Positions 26,957 through 40,856 are shown, numbered from the stretch's first letter. The stretch is DNA of 64,000 nucleotides from Octopus vulgaris (GCA_951406725.2 OX597819.1:109926001-109990000); one strand, 5' to 3'. Notes: generated by a model not told the origin, from the sequence alone. Numbers and translations: made by a program.

Positions 26957-27042
26957 TTTTCACTTCCCGAGCGTTAAACTAATACACCTGTTTGTTGTCT
27001 ACACCACCTGTCTTCGTCTTTTGTTTTTCTTTTGTGAATTCT

Positions 27043-27086
<44 letters not shown>

Positions 27087-27100
27087 TTACATAGATATGG

Positions 27101-27317
27101 ACGAAGAGGCGCTGAAAAGTTCCTGGCCTTTAGGGTATTGCGAAAGGCATGGTTGAAGTCTTAACCTTCAGAGTTCTTTTACAGGGCTTGGAAAAACTGA
27201 AGGACCGTTGCAATAAGTATGTGAATCTGAGAGGAGAATATGTTGAATAAAATCATAATTAATTGATTTTCCTGTACTTCTCGTTACCCAAAGCTAGGAA
27301 CTTTTCAGCATAACCAC

Positions 27318-27319
<2 letters not shown>
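27101..27319 (+). mobile_element. Mariner-derived MITE / internally deleted mariner
   Basis: TIR-like GCTGAAAAGTTCCTGGC..T / AAAGCTAGGAACTTTTCAGC; internal LEKLKDRCNKYVNLRGEYVE* matches the mariner transposase C-terminus; partial copy near 22315-22390. Confidence 0.8.
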
Positions 27320-27412
<93 letters not shown>

Positions 27413-27971
27413 TCACATGTATATACATGCATATATATGAGCGTGTACGTATGTACCTGTGTGCGTGTAATGGTATTTTAGTAAACCGATTACGTCGTAA
27501 AGTCTAAAGGTTTCATACTCATATCTCAATTAGAAATAAACACACCCACACATGTTAATTGAGGCTATTTTAAAGCTAAATTGAGATTAACAACGGAATA
27601 TTTACTGATGGACAGACACAGAATGAGTAGAAGAGAATTTGTTGTTATGGTAATGTTGGTATTCACTGAGCTTTGAAATTTTTAGTGTTGTCTTCAACAG
27701 ATATGTACGAATTTAGTCGTCAGGAAAATCTTTAGAATTGTTCTGTTTGTTCCTGCGGTGTTCCAGTTTTGTCCGTGTGTTACGCCAAGGGAGGTAATAA
27801 CTCGAATGGAATATATATATATAGTGAGAGAAGGTGAGAAGGGGAAACAAAGAAGGAATCAGAAATAGTAGAATCAATGAAAAGAAAAAAAAGAAAAATA
27901 GAGAAAACACGAGAGAAAGGGAGGGAGGAAAAACTCCCTATTTACTCTGCATTTGTTTGCTCAAATTGCAG

Positions 27972-28076
27972 GTACAGTTGGAACGTTTAACATAATAAAA
28001 CAATGTTATGAAGATCTTTAAGTTTATGTATTAAAAGACGTATCGATACATAGTTAAAGTGAAATGATTTTAACAA
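27972..28076 (+). pseudogene. BCR/ABR-like DH exon containing two in-frame TAA stops (GTVGTFNIIKQCYEDL*VYVLKDVSIHS*SEMILT)
   Basis: ttgcag| acceptor, A|gtaggc donor, 105 nt, symmetrical phase 1-1; TAA at 28019-28021 and 28055-28057; 90-nt intron to the next exon. Confidence 0.55.
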
Positions 28077-28166
28077 GTAGGCGTGAATAGCAAATAAGTA
28101 ATAACCTTCTAACTTTTTATTGGTTATAGTTTAAAGCACATTATTTAAATTTGTTTCTTGTTTCAG

Positions 28167-28219
28167 ATTTGCTCCATTGTCCAACCATCGCTCACTACAG
28201 GGTTTACTTCGGTTTGAAG
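28167..28219 (+). CDS. BCR/ABR-like exon, DH CR3 (LLHCPTIAHYRVYFGLK)
   Basis: ttgtttcttgtttcag| acceptor, AAG|gtaaaa donor, phase 1-0; compare BCR LLYKPVDRVTRSTLVLH. Confidence 0.7.
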
Positions 28220-30071
28220 GTAAAAAAAAGAAAAAAAAAAAGGCCTGACCTCTTTTGTTTATCTCTCTTGTTGTTCTTTAGTCTCAATTCCTGTTAAGCA
28301 CATCTATAAATCATGAAAATCCATTTGTAACCACCATGTAATTTAATCCGAACATAATGTGTCTAAGTCTACATTATCGAATCTGTCCTCTTTTTTCTTT
28401 TTATCAAGCATGGTAATGAGAAATGATGGCTATTTGACTGATATTTCTAACAGACTGCTGTTATGTTAGCTTATCTCTGGTTAAGACGTGATGGAGAAGA
28501 CCTATATTCAAAGACATTTAAGTAGTGGCAAGCATCCTGACTTTTACTCAATGTGTTTTTACGTTTTGTAAGACGGCAGGGTGATATGAGGGAGATTTAG
28601 CCGCTATTTCTCTTACGTCGCGTTAACACATGCAGGCTTTCTGATTGCCTGCTATTTCTAGCATGTCAGTTGACCACACAGAGGCTACTTGTTGACTCGC
28701 ATCTCATCTATATTCCAAGAAATTGAAGTGCTTTTGGGAAATAGGTGTATCTGTGGATTTTGGCTTCATCTCCCACGTTTTTCCATTAACGAGGCTTTGA
28801 TAACAAATAATGTAAGATTTATGTCCATATTTATTTGATTACAGATGATACATGCTTCGTGTTCACTGATTTGTGTTTGATACGGACTGATGGATGCCGG
28901 TTATATATTGATTCTACAGATGTTATCCATTCATCGTATTTGTTTTATTTCAATTGAATGGTGGTGGCAACAATGGCCCTCCTCCACTCCTTTAAAAAAA
29001 GATAACCTCAATATTCATTGTTTTGTGAGTATAAGCGTGAGAATATTTGTACACCATTGCCATTACAGCCTTCACCCTTTATCTAACTTATCCACCCCAC
29101 AAAAACTATCAAGTCTTTCAGTTTCTATACGTTTGTTTGCTTAACTGACTACTTGAAAATGCTTTCTGCTAATTCAGAAGCTAACGAAGTTAAAGAGTTG
29201 AATTTCGAAATCTTGCCTACTCAGTTATTTGACTATTAAGTAGATGGTATAACAGCGTTGTGGAGGCGCAGTTGCCCAGTTGTTAGGGCAGCGGACTCGC
29301 GATCGGAGGATCGCGGTTTCGATTCCCAGACCGGACATTGTGTGTGTTTATTGAGTGAAAACGCCCAAAAGCTCTACGAGGCTCCGGCAGGGGGTGGTGG
29401 CGACCCCTATTGTACTCTTTCACTACAACATTCTCTCACTCTCTCTTCCTGTTTCTTGAGTAACGCTGCGATGGACTGGCGTCCCGTCCAGCTGAGGGGA
29501 ACAAATACGCCACAGAAACTGGGAAAACCAGGCCCATGAGCCTGGCTAGGCTTGAAAAGGGCGACGTTTATCGTTTTATCGTAACAGGGTTACAGTATAT
29601 ATTCAGATATCAAATTCGCCCGAGGTCGTCTTTGCCTTTCATCCTTTCGGGGTCGATAAATTAAGCATCAGTTGCGTACTGGGGTCGACCTAATAGACTT
29701 TCCCTGTCCCCCAAAACTCCGGGCCTTGTGCCTAGAGAAGAAAAGAATATATATTCAGATATTAATAATATGCACTTGAAGGAATACATTAACACATGTA
29801 TAGAAATATCGCAGAGCGCTTGTTTGTTTTAGATAGCAATTGGCCCGGAAGATTATAGCATTGAAATCTTGACATCTTTCTTTCCCTCACTAGGTTAGGT
29901 CGGTAGACTGAGGTGATGCTGGGGCATGCCTTGAATTTTAGTTGAACGAATCAACCCCAGTACTTATTTTTTAAGCCTGGTACTTATTCTGTCACAGAAC
30001 CGCTGACAAGGAGGTAAACAAACCAACACCGATTGTCAAGTAGTTGGTGGGGAGCAAACAGAAATACAAAG

Positions 30072-30123
<52 letters not shown>

Positions 30124-31189
30124 ACCCATACACACACAGAAGGGGCTCCTTTAGTTTCCGTCTACCAAATTCACTCACAAAGCTTTGATCGGTTCGAGGC
30201 TATTATAGAAGACAATTGTCGAAGATGTCATGCAGTGGGACTGAACCTGAAACCATATGGTTAGGAAGCAAACTTCTTACCATACAGACACGCCTGCGTT
30301 ACGTATGTATAGAGAAATAACGTTCATGCGTATAGAAACACAAAAGGTGGTTGGCATATGATTCTAGGGACGTGGTTTCAATTCCTGCATCAGATGGCGT
30401 GTTGTGTTCTTGATTACGGCACTTTATTTCACATTGCTCCTATCTACAGAGCACGCAGCTTTTAAGGAGTACAAGCCGGGTCCTGGTACGCCCCACCCCC
30501 CACTGTTCAATCCAGCTGTCACATCCAGCATGTACCACAAGGTCAAGGCTGGGAGTGCCAAGAGGGTGTCTCTACCTGCTCGGCAACAACACAGGTGCAT
30601 AAAACAATTTGAGAAAACATTGCACATGTTACCAACCCCTACTCACTCTCGAGAGGACTGTTGGTTGCACTTTGGACCTATAAGGGAACAGACCTATAAT
30701 CACAGGCGTTTCAACTACGACAGCCCCATCTGTTACTATATATCCACGACTACGTTGTGTTCTCTTTCTTTAAAAACTCTAGACCGGGTCGTGTAATTAA
30801 ATAACGTCCTTCTTTATTGGTTTGAGTTGAACGAGATTCGCTATATTTCTAGCAGGAAAATTGACCACGTAGAGACCCGTTTTTTATGAAGTAGTAGTAG
30901 TAGTGTTGGTAGAAGTAGTAGCAGTAGCAGCAGTGGGCTTTGGTGATAGTGGTGGCCGTAGTAGTAGCGCTGGTAATGGGAGTCGTAGTAATAGTAGTGT
31001 AGTAGTAGTACTAGTTGTGGTCATAATAGTTGTAATAGTGGGGCTGGTTGCTATAGTGGTGGTAGTGGTAGAAATAGCAGTGTTGGTAGTATATTATTGA
31101 TAGTGGCAGTGATGGTAATAATAGTAGTAGGAGATTTGACTGCTATATCTAGCTAGCGACTAAGTACAGAACCAATTATTGCTAAAAGT

Positions 31190-32650
31190 TAAGGGAGCAA
31201 GCAGGTAGAACCATTAGTGCGCCGCCGTCAAAATGCTTAGGGGCGTTTTGACCGTCTTTTCGTCCTGAGTTCAAATTCTGCCGCGGTTGACTTTTCCTTC
31301 CATTCTTCGGGCTCGATAAAATAAGGACCGGTCGAGCGCTGGGATCGATGTAATAGATTATTGCCCTCCACTAAAATGTCTGGACTTGTGGCTATAGTAG
31401 AAAGATTAATCACGAACAGTTAAGGCGGCGAGCTGGTAGAAGCGTTAGCGCGCCGGGCGAAATGCTTAGCGTTATTTCGTCTGCCGCTACGTTCTGAGCT
31501 CAAATTCCGCCGAGGTCGACTTTGCCTTTCATCCTTTCGGGGTCCATTAAATAAGTACCAGTTACGTACTGGGGTCGATATAATCGACTAAATCCGTTTG
31601 TCTGTCCTTGTTTGTCCCCTCTGTGTTTAGCCCCTTGTGGGTAGTAAAGAAATAGATATTCTGTTTGTCTTTACGTCCTGAGTTGAAATTCTGCCGAGGT
31701 CGACTTTGCCTTTCATCCTTTCGGGTTCGATAAATAAGTACCAGTTGTGTACTGGAGTCAATTTAATCGACTGGCCCTCTCTCCGCAAATTTCGGGCCTT
31801 GTGCCTAGTGTAGTAAAAAATTGTTAGCAGGCTGGGCAAAATGCTTAGCGGCATTTCGTTCATCTTTACGTTCTGAGTTCAAATTCTACCGAGGTCGACA
31901 TTGCCTTTCATTTTTCACATCCTTTCGTCTCGAAATTCCTGACACTGATCCAAAATTTAAAATAATTATTAATTTAGGTTTGAATGGCGGCCAGCTGGCG
32001 GAATAGTTACTGCGCCGAACAAAATGCTGAACTGCATTTCATCTATCCTAACGTTTTGAGTTCAAATTCCCCCGAGGTTGACTTTGCCTTTCATCCTTTC
32101 GGGGTCGATAAAATAAGTACTAGTAGAGCACTGGGGTCGATGTAATCGATTTGCCCGTCACCTGAACATGCTGACCGTCCCTAAATTTGAAACCGTTATT
32201 AATTTCAAATTTAAGTACAATGACAAAACTTTTGGTAGAGCGGTTTAGCCGAGTATATCGACCCCCAGTACTGGCCTGTTACTTATTGCATCGACCCCAG
32301 AAGGATGAAAGATAAAGTTGATTTCGGTGGGATTTGAGTTCGAAACATGAAGAACAGGTACGAATACCGCCAGGTATTTTTTCTTGACGCTCTAACAATT
32401 CTGCCAGTCGATTTCCTTCGGGATGATAAAATGCTTGTTCCTAATTCAGTCACAAGGCAAGTAATTTTTGAGAGGAGGGGCCTAATAGAGTTAATCAACG
32501 TGGATGCTTGACTGGTACTAAATCATATCAACCCCGAAAGGATGAAAGTAAAACTGACTTTGGTGCGATTCGAACTCAGGAAGTAAAGAGCTGGAAGAAA
32601 TACTACAAACATTTCTTCCGTCGCTCTATCGATTCTGCCAACACAGCCTT
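31190..32650. mobile_element. Cluster of at least 7 SINE family A copies, + strand then - strand
   Basis: Repeated heads and cores at about 31190, 31423 (dimer), 31820, 31985 (+) and 32210-32420, 32440-32650 (-). Confidence 0.8.
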
Positions 32651-33605
32651 TTTAATCATCGCTTCCACACACACACACACATACATATATATACATATAT
32701 ACGTATATACGATGAGATTCTTCCAGTTTCCGTCTACCAAATCCACTCACTCAAGTAATTTTAAGAGGATGGGGTTAAATTTCGGTTGATTTGAAATTGG
32801 AATGCAAAAAAAAAAAAAAAAAAAAAAGTGTACGAATACTGCATTTTTTCCGATACTCTAACGATTCTAAGTCTCTCAGTTGCTTTAGGGATTGTGAAAT
32901 GATGAAAGACATGCACATGGAACGATATAATACGAATATTCAAATAGGATCGAAACCATTTTACTTGCAGGAATTATGCAAGTACACATCACGTGAGCAC
33001 ACGGACTATTTTATTTTGAAAGAAACTCGCGCAAATATGAGAAAACACTCATGTTTTGTACCCCCGGATATCCATGTAAGTAAAACGTTTTTCGATAGAG
33101 CATCAAAAAGATTTCTGTGTGTCGTATGGAGAAAGTTGTTGTTTTTACTGATGATGTTGTTGTTGTTTGGTGATTGCTGTTGTTATTTAGCGATAGATCA
33201 GTACGATCAAACAGACCCATAATCAAATAAGTTCCCATTCTGCGCAGTTTAACAAAGTTGAAGTATCTACAATATTATTATATAACCAATCTTTTAAGGC
33301 GGCGAGCTGGCAGAAACGTTAATGCGCCGGGCGAAATGCTTAGCGGTATTTCATCTGCGGTTACGTTCTAAGTTCAATTTCCGCCGAGGTCGACTTTGCC
33401 TTTCATCCTTTCGGGAATTAAGTACCAGTTACTCACTGGGGTCGATATAATCGACTTAATCCGTTTGTCTGTCCTTGTTTGTCCTCTCTGTGTTTAGCCC
33501 CTTGTGGGTAGTAAAGAAATAGGTATTTCGTCTGCCGTTACGACGATCATACCGTAAAGCAGTTTCAGCGAAGATTAAATATAATGATATAATGACAAAT
33601 AATAA

Positions 33606-33651
<46 letters not shown>

Positions 33652-33853
33652 CTTTACTTGTTTTAGTCATTTGACTGTGGCCGTGCTGGAGCACCGTCTT
33701 TAATGGAGCAAATCGGCCCCAGGACTTATTCTTTGTAAGCTTAGTACTTATCCTATCGGTCTCTTTTGCCGAACCGCTAGGTTATGGGGACGTAAACAAA
33801 GCAGTATCGGTTGTCAAGCGATGTTGGGGACACACACACACACACACACAAAT

Positions 33854-33926
<73 letters not shown>

Positions 33927-34092
33927 TATATACGATGGGCTTCTTTCAGATTCCGCCTACCAAATTCACTCACAAGGCTTTGACGGCCCGAGGCTATAGT
34001 AGTAGACACTTGCCCAAGGTGCCACGCAGTGGGACTGAACCCAGAACTATGTGGTTTGTAGGCAATCTACTTACCACATAGCCACTCCTACG

Positions 34093-34199
<107 letters not shown>

Positions 34200-34450
34200 G
34201 AAAAAAATTGGAGTCAACAAGAATATATGCATCATGTATACAAGGCAGTGATTTGGCACAATCGTTAGCAAGACGGTCAAATGTTTAGCGGTATTTCGTC
34301 TGTCTTTACATTGTTAAAATTCCGCCGAGACCGCCTTTGCCTTTCATAACTTCCGGGATTGATAACATAATTAAGTACCAGTTGAGAATTTGGGTTTGAT
34401 GTAATCGAGTTCTCCCTCTCGCGAAATTGCTCGTCTTGTAATTCGTCGGA

Positions 34451-34547
<97 letters not shown>

Positions 34548-36060
34548 GCGCCTCCGTCGTGGGACGCTGGACCGACGGTCCGGTCGAGTTGCTCAGGGTC
34601 TGGTTCGGTCCGGTCGAGTTGCTCAGGGTCTGGTTCGGTCCGGACCTCCAAATGGAGAAGAACTGGAACTAGATAACGAGTAGGGTGGTCACTCTCGCCC
34701 GGCAATGGGCCGAGAGGAAACTGTCCCTAAAAGGTCGGGCGGAGGTGGCGAACACGTACATCGCGTCCGTCATCTACTACCACCTGACCGTCGTGCCTTG
34801 TCCCGACCCTACCATCACCAAACTAGAACGCATTCTCTTTCGCTTCTTGTGGAAAGGATGCGTCCCGATGGTCAGGCGATCCATTTGCTGTCAACACCTG
34901 TTAAAAGGAGGACTGGGCATGCCGTGGTTGATGATGCGCAGACACGCGCTTAGACTGCGACACCTCAGGCTCTACGTAGACGACGGTAAACAGGTGTGGT
35001 CGCCGTTTGTGAGACACGCTTTCCCGCAACTCGTCTCCATGATCGAACTGCAGTCGTGGATCAAAAAGAGGCCGAGGAAGGGCGCATGGCATCGCGAGTG
35101 TCGCGTTGCTCTCAAGCAACTCTGCCGTCCCGGGTCGACCTTGAGTGACTCCATCACAACCCATGCATTCTATAGGGGATTAGTGGAGAGGAGGTACGAC
35201 GACGAGCTCGGGGCGAACCTGGACGTCGACGAGGAGTACCTGACCCGCCTATTCGGGACGACTTTCGGGCCAGGGCCCATGGACAACTTCCAGAGATCCC
35301 TGGCCTGGCAGTGCTACCGAGAAGCGCTACCCGTTCGGGATAAGCTTTACAGACACGGCTCGAGAAACACGGGGCCGATCTGCCCGAGATGCAGTCAGAG
35401 CGACGAAACCGTTCTGCACGCACTCGTTCAGTGTCCAACAATTTCCGACCTGTGGGCTTATGTCGAACAACTGCTGTCACGTATGGGACGAGTCGGTTTA
35501 TCAGCTGAGTCAATCGTCAATATTGTCACGCCTCCTTCCTTCAAACAGGAAGGAAGAGCTATTTTCATCATCCTTGTGGCTATGGCGAAAGAATGTATCT
35601 GGTGGACGCGTCTGAAAGGATTGGAGTCAAACACTTTCCTCTCTGGTCAATCTCTCATCAACTTCTTCAAATATCACTTGAAAAGGAAAGTGAGAATAGA
35701 GAGGCAAGTTTTGTCTAGTGAATGTTTAAAAAAAGATGGGTGAATGTAGCAAGGATGGCACGTATGAATGACGAAGCCACCTTGAGCATAATCCTATGAA
35801 CCCAGAAATTGAAAGCAGAGGGTTACCCACTTGCAAACAAATGTGGTAACATGTAACAATATTGACCGAGGTTACCGTGGATTTTTCGTAGGCTTTTCTT
35901 CTCACGGATAAACCTTTACACCGTACATCATGACACTGTGATACACGATCCCTTTTGATCGAAAACCTACGCCACCTTTTTTTTTCTCATCCCCAAAGAG
36001 AAAAACTCTACCTTGTAATTTGTCCCATCTGTGTGCAGCCCTGTGTGGCTATAAAGAAAC
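34548..36060 (+). mobile_element. 5'-truncated Tx1/L1-clade LINE (RT C-terminal region, zf-RVT CCHC finger, 3' UTR) inserted in (TATC)n
   Basis: ORF 34685-35743: W..RKLSLKGR..VAN, F.FLWKG, GGLGMP, LPVRDKL, CPRC...ETVLHALVQC; GC-rich relative to the flanks; (TATC)n on both sides. Confidence 0.9.
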
Positions 36061-36155
<95 letters not shown>

Positions 36156-36514
36156 AATGGATCAAAACAATTTGTTTCAAATTCGTTCGTACTCCGACTT
36201 TTAAGCTTTAATTTGAACGTATTGAATGCTCTTACTTCGTTTGTCCACCCACTCTCTTATATACATACATACATAAATATATATATGTATATATGTATAT
36301 ATATGTATATATGTATACATACACCAACCCCATACATACGCCTGTCCAGACCTATCCTAGGGTCACTCAACCCTATTATCTCCCCCTATTTCGCTCTCGC
36401 GTCTCATGTTTGATCTTTGACCTCTGGCCGAAATCAGATCGCCATGTTGATTCGTTAGTTACTGCACGCATTTTTTTCTCTCCTTCTTTCTGTGTTTTTT
36501 TTTCTCTCTGTGTA

Positions 36515-36552
36515 TCTTTCTGTTGAAGAGCGTAGGCTCGAAACGTTAAAGA
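36515..36552 (+). ncRNA. Minimal hammerhead-like motif (CUGUUGA core variant) in a pLTR fragment (about 36330-36650)
   Basis: UCUUU-CUGUUGA-A-GAGC(GUAG)GCUC-GAAA-CG-UU|AAAGA; stems I and II pair perfectly. Confidence 0.55.
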
Positions 36553-36728
36553 CTTGTTTTATTTATATTTCCTGAGCGCCATACTAATACAATCGTTTGT
36601 TTGTTTTCCACCTGCCTTCGTCTTTTGTCTATTTTCATAAAGCTTCCCGTTATATATATGTATATATGTATATATATGTATATATGTATGTATATATGTA
36701 TGTATATATGTATGTATATATGTATGTT

Positions 36729-36765
<37 letters not shown>

Positions 36766-37035
36766 AGATAGGGGTTGTAAATTCAACCCTCCATGGGATA
36801 ACATATATCCACATACCTATCTTCATGGCCGAAACAGCTGTCAGTTATAATGTATATGTATTTTTATATCTTGTTATATTTATTTAGTTATATCTCACCA
36901 TATTGATTGTAATTATTGTACTGTATTAATGTCTAATCTCATTGCTATTGTGTAGTGTTTTAATAAAGTATATGATTCGGTATTATCTGATAGTTGATGA
37001 TTGATTTAGATATATTTCTCCATTTTCTCATTTTG

Positions 37036-37066
<31 letters not shown>

Positions 37067-37494
37067 GTATTGTATATATCGATATTAACGATAATGATAT
37101 TAACATTAATAATAATGAGAATGATAATAATAATAACTCTTATTTGTGCTGGATTGTTTATTTTTTTTCTATTATCCACTCTGAAGAGACTACATCTTAT
37201 CAAGTCCGGTTATGCAGTTCAAATAGACAAAAACAAACGGAAGCTACGTTTCCTTTTTTTGTTTCCGAAAAACCTCATCATCACCAAACTCAAGATAAAA
37301 TCCAAGTAAGTTTACACGAAGAACATCCTCATACCACCACCACCACCACCACCACTACTACTACTACCACCACAGCCATCAATCAAAAGAGAATCAACTA
37401 CAATAAAGATATAACAATTTAATAATAATAACGATAATATGAATTATAATGCTAGCCATTTTGATAATAATAATAATAATAATAATAATGATAA

Positions 37495-37669
37495 TTTCAA
37501 ATTTTTCCGCAAACTCAGCAATTTTAGGGTAGAGGACTAGTCGATTACATCGACCTCCCCCCAGTGTTCCACTGGTATTTAATTTATCGACCGCAAAAAG
37601 ATGAAATGAAAAGTCGACCTCAGCGGAATTTGAATTCAGAACGTAGCAACAGATGAAATACTGCTAAGC

Positions 37670-37723
<54 letters not shown>

Positions 37724-38172
37724 TCTACTATAGGCACAAGGCCTGGATTTTGTGGGGTGGGGTGGGGGATTGTTAATTTCATCGAGCCAAGTGTTTCATT
37801 GGTACTTAATTTATCGACCCCGAAATGATGAAAAGCAAAGTCGACATCGGTGGAATTTGAACTCAGAACGTAAATACAGACGAAATACTGCTAAGAGGCG
37901 TGCTAACGATCCTGTCAGCTCGCTGCCTTAATAATAATAATGATGATTATGATAATAATCCATTCTACTCGAGGTACAAGGCCCGAAATTTTCGGGGAGG
38001 GGCCAGTCAATTAGATCGTCCCCAGTACGCAACAGGTACTTAATTTATCGACCCCGAAAGAATGAATGGCAAAATCGACCTCGGTAGAATTTGAACTCAG
38101 AACGTAGCGACGGGCGAAACACCACTAAGCATTTCGTCCAGCGTGCTAACGATTCTGCCAGCTCGCTGCCTT
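37495..38172 (-). mobile_element. Three SINE family A copies separated by (AAT)n tracts
   Basis: Copies at about 37495-37670, 37720-37930 and 37960-38172. Confidence 0.8.
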
Positions 38173-38214
38173 AATAATAATAATGAGGATTATAATAATA
38201 ATAATAGTAATACG

Positions 38215-38590
38215 ACAAAAAAAAAAGATGAAGTGGTATTAGCATACAATAGAAAGTCGACAATGCTCTAGGCTATACAGTTCAGGACAGATAAAAAAAT
38301 ATCCCAAACTGACAGGATATTGTAGTCAAAGACAAGCAGGTAAAAAGTACTCCTTAAAAGCTTCAATTCCGAAGATAGATAAACTATACAAAGATATGGA
38401 AATAGAGGCGACCTGAATATAGAGAGTGAAAAACCGAAACAGTCCCTAAAACAACTGATGCCATACAAACAATTAAAAATATGCCGACAAATACATAAAC
38501 AGGCTTACAAACAAAAGCACCATACGTAAATATCAGAAACAGGCATTGCCCACATACTACGTAGATTTCTTTCAATACTGGATAAAACAC
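38215..38590 (+). mobile_element. Highly decayed R4/Dong-like RLE fragment beside (AAT)n
   Basis: Residual QTDR/DIVVKDK/YKDMEIE/KTETVP motifs across frames. Confidence 0.5.
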
Positions 38591-38750
38591 AAAACGGATA
38601 CAAAACTCCCCGTATACACCATGTACAGAAGGTCGCGCATGTTAGTGCAGTGGATGATAATGAAAGTAATGAGAAATTGTAATAATAATAACAAATGTGT
38701 AAAAGCATTGAAAAAAAATCAAATATTTATTATAATGTTTATTCTTACAG

Positions 38751-38818
38751 CTGTGCATTTTTTCATACAAAAGGCATCATTCGATTGGGCAAGCGGATGG
38801 TAACTATTGAATCGAAGG
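38751..38818 (+). CDS. BCR/ABR-like exon, late DH domain (LCIF/HTKGIIRLGKRMVTIESK), probable +1 frameshift in a T6 run
   Basis: ttcttacag| acceptor, AGG|gtaagt donor, 68 nt; removing one T restores phase 0-1 and a DH-like xxxHT motif; an alternative donor after 38799 also keeps frame. Confidence 0.55.
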
Positions 38819-38955
38819 GTAAGTTTTAACAAATGGACAGAGAAACATCATATACCATATGTTTATCTAACAACTATTATGTATCTGCAAATATATATAT
38901 GCACCTATTCACGCAAGCACACGAACATGCTTATACATGTATATGTGAGTGTGTA

Positions 38956-39007
<52 letters not shown>

Positions 39008-39049
39008 TAGATAGATAAGAAAGTTGGTTTGTGAAAGCACGTGGTTGAA

Positions 39050-39229
39050 TATATAGAAAATAGTAAAAAGTGAAAAAACTACAGAAGGCTTGTTTTGAAA
39101 GGTTAAAAAAAATATATTTGACTCAATATGTCTGAAGAATATTATAAATTTTTTTCTTACAATGACATAATTTAGAAGAAAGACCGGTTTCGCGTTTAGC
39201 TTTTCAAAGTTTTTTCACTTTTTACTATT

Positions 39230-39238
<9 letters not shown>
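39050..39238. repeat. 31-bp inverted repeat enclosing a hammerhead 3' half (Penelope pLTR remnant)
   Basis: 39050-39080 vs 39208-39238; minus strand CGAAA-CCGG-UC at 39182-39192. Confidence 0.65.
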
Positions 39239-39306
<68 letters not shown>

Positions 39307-39993
39307 TAAAGATAATTGTTTATTCCTTTGTCATCGTATTTTCTTATATATATGTGTGTGTGTTTCTACTATATGATGCAGTGGACTCATAGTTGAGTGC
39401 CTTCGTGATACCTTATACCTTCATCGGAGCCTCAATCATGAAGTACAATTTATTTGGGAAAACAAATACATTTATGCCTAAACATAAAAAAGGGATTACT
39501 AATTTTTCTACTCTATATATATTTTTCTGAATATGATTTTCGTAATTTTGAAGAAAGTCGGCACATATATTTTTATTTGCTGCCGACTATAACTGCGCCT
39601 GCGCGGTAGATTTGAAAAAATTATAGTGTATAAAGATGGGACATGTGCTGTCTATTTGTTCCACAATCATACGTTAATTGTAGCACCCTTGCTAATGAGA
39701 ACACAGATAGCAAATTATTTTATTTGTTCATTGATGTTCGAAATCTAGGTACCTGTGGTAACTATTGAAAATGCTTTTATTTTTCATCCCTTTCGAAATT
39801 ATTCTTAACTGTGGTTTGGGCTTTGACTGCTCCTTTTAGCATGTAAGGTGTCCTGTTAGGGTCACCTCTTTTCTGTATAAATGTACACAAATTTTATATG
39901 ACAAATATGTTGTCTATTGACTATTTTATGCATGCTGGCCACTGGTAGAAAATTTCACTAATTTTTCTACCCTATATATATTTTCTTAACATG

Positions 39994-40027
<34 letters not shown>

Positions 40028-40262
40028 GCGCTCTTTTAAAGACTAGCCAGGCTCATGGGTCCGGTTTCCCAGTTTCTATGGCGTATGTGTTCCCCTGCTG
40101 GACGGGATGCCAGTCCATCGCAGCGTTACTCATTTTTGCCAGCTGAGTGGACTGGAGCAACGTGAAATGAAGTGTTTTGCTCAAGAACACAACGCGTTGT
40201 CCGGTCCAGGAATCGAAACTACAATCATGATGCTGACACCCTAACCACTAAGCCACGCACCT

Positions 40263-40312
<50 letters not shown>

Positions 40313-40438
40313 GCATGTATATATATATATATATATATATTGATAAAACGGTAAGATAACAAAAGAAAGAAAGAGACCTCAATATTATGTAAATAGAGGA
40401 AATTTATCTATACAATATGTTACATTACTCGGTAGTCA

Positions 40439-40501
40439 AGATAAAACTCTGAGTTTCAGATGCCGAAGTGGAAATCCACAACACCATCTCTTCGGTTATC
40501 T
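40439..40501 (-). ncRNA. Hammerhead-like motif in the left inverted pLTR
   Basis: Reverse complement of 41684-41746. Confidence 0.65.
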
Positions 40502-40856
40502 GGCTATTTGAAAACGTTATGAAAAAATACCGTTAAAAATGAAGGGAAATTACTCTGTTATAACTCTGCTTTGCCTGCGTACTTATACATCGCTCACATT
40601 TTTCGTCATAAAAATTATATAAAAATACATAAAAATATATAAAAATATATAAAAATATATAAAATCTTCTTGGGACATAACACAGAAAGCATGTTCTATC
40701 CGTTTTCTTTAGGGGACCAAAAACGTAACAGAAATTTAGTCACATAGTGGTTTTAGCGAAAAAATAAAATATACACCTATCACCAGCCCAACAATAAGGA
40801 AAAGGAATAATAGAAATAGGAAGGTCATCTGGTTTACGCCCCCTTACTCACCCGAG

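Noticed and set aside
29261-29335. tRNA-Arg-like sequence as a genuine tRNA gene
   Set aside because: Continues directly into a SINE body shared with two other copies.
30404-30796. 130-aa ORF with a hydrophobic N-terminus
   Set aside because: Starts at a non-ATG codon inside a SINE D core; no recognisable domain or splice support.
37178-37235. CUGAAGA plus hairpin as a hammerhead
   Set aside because: No GAAA, stem III or stem I partner.
37495-38172. Regularly spaced repeats resembling a CRISPR-like array (also 17126-17728)
   Set aside because: Units are about 200-bp SINE copies with AAT spacers or none; no cas genes; eukaryotic context.
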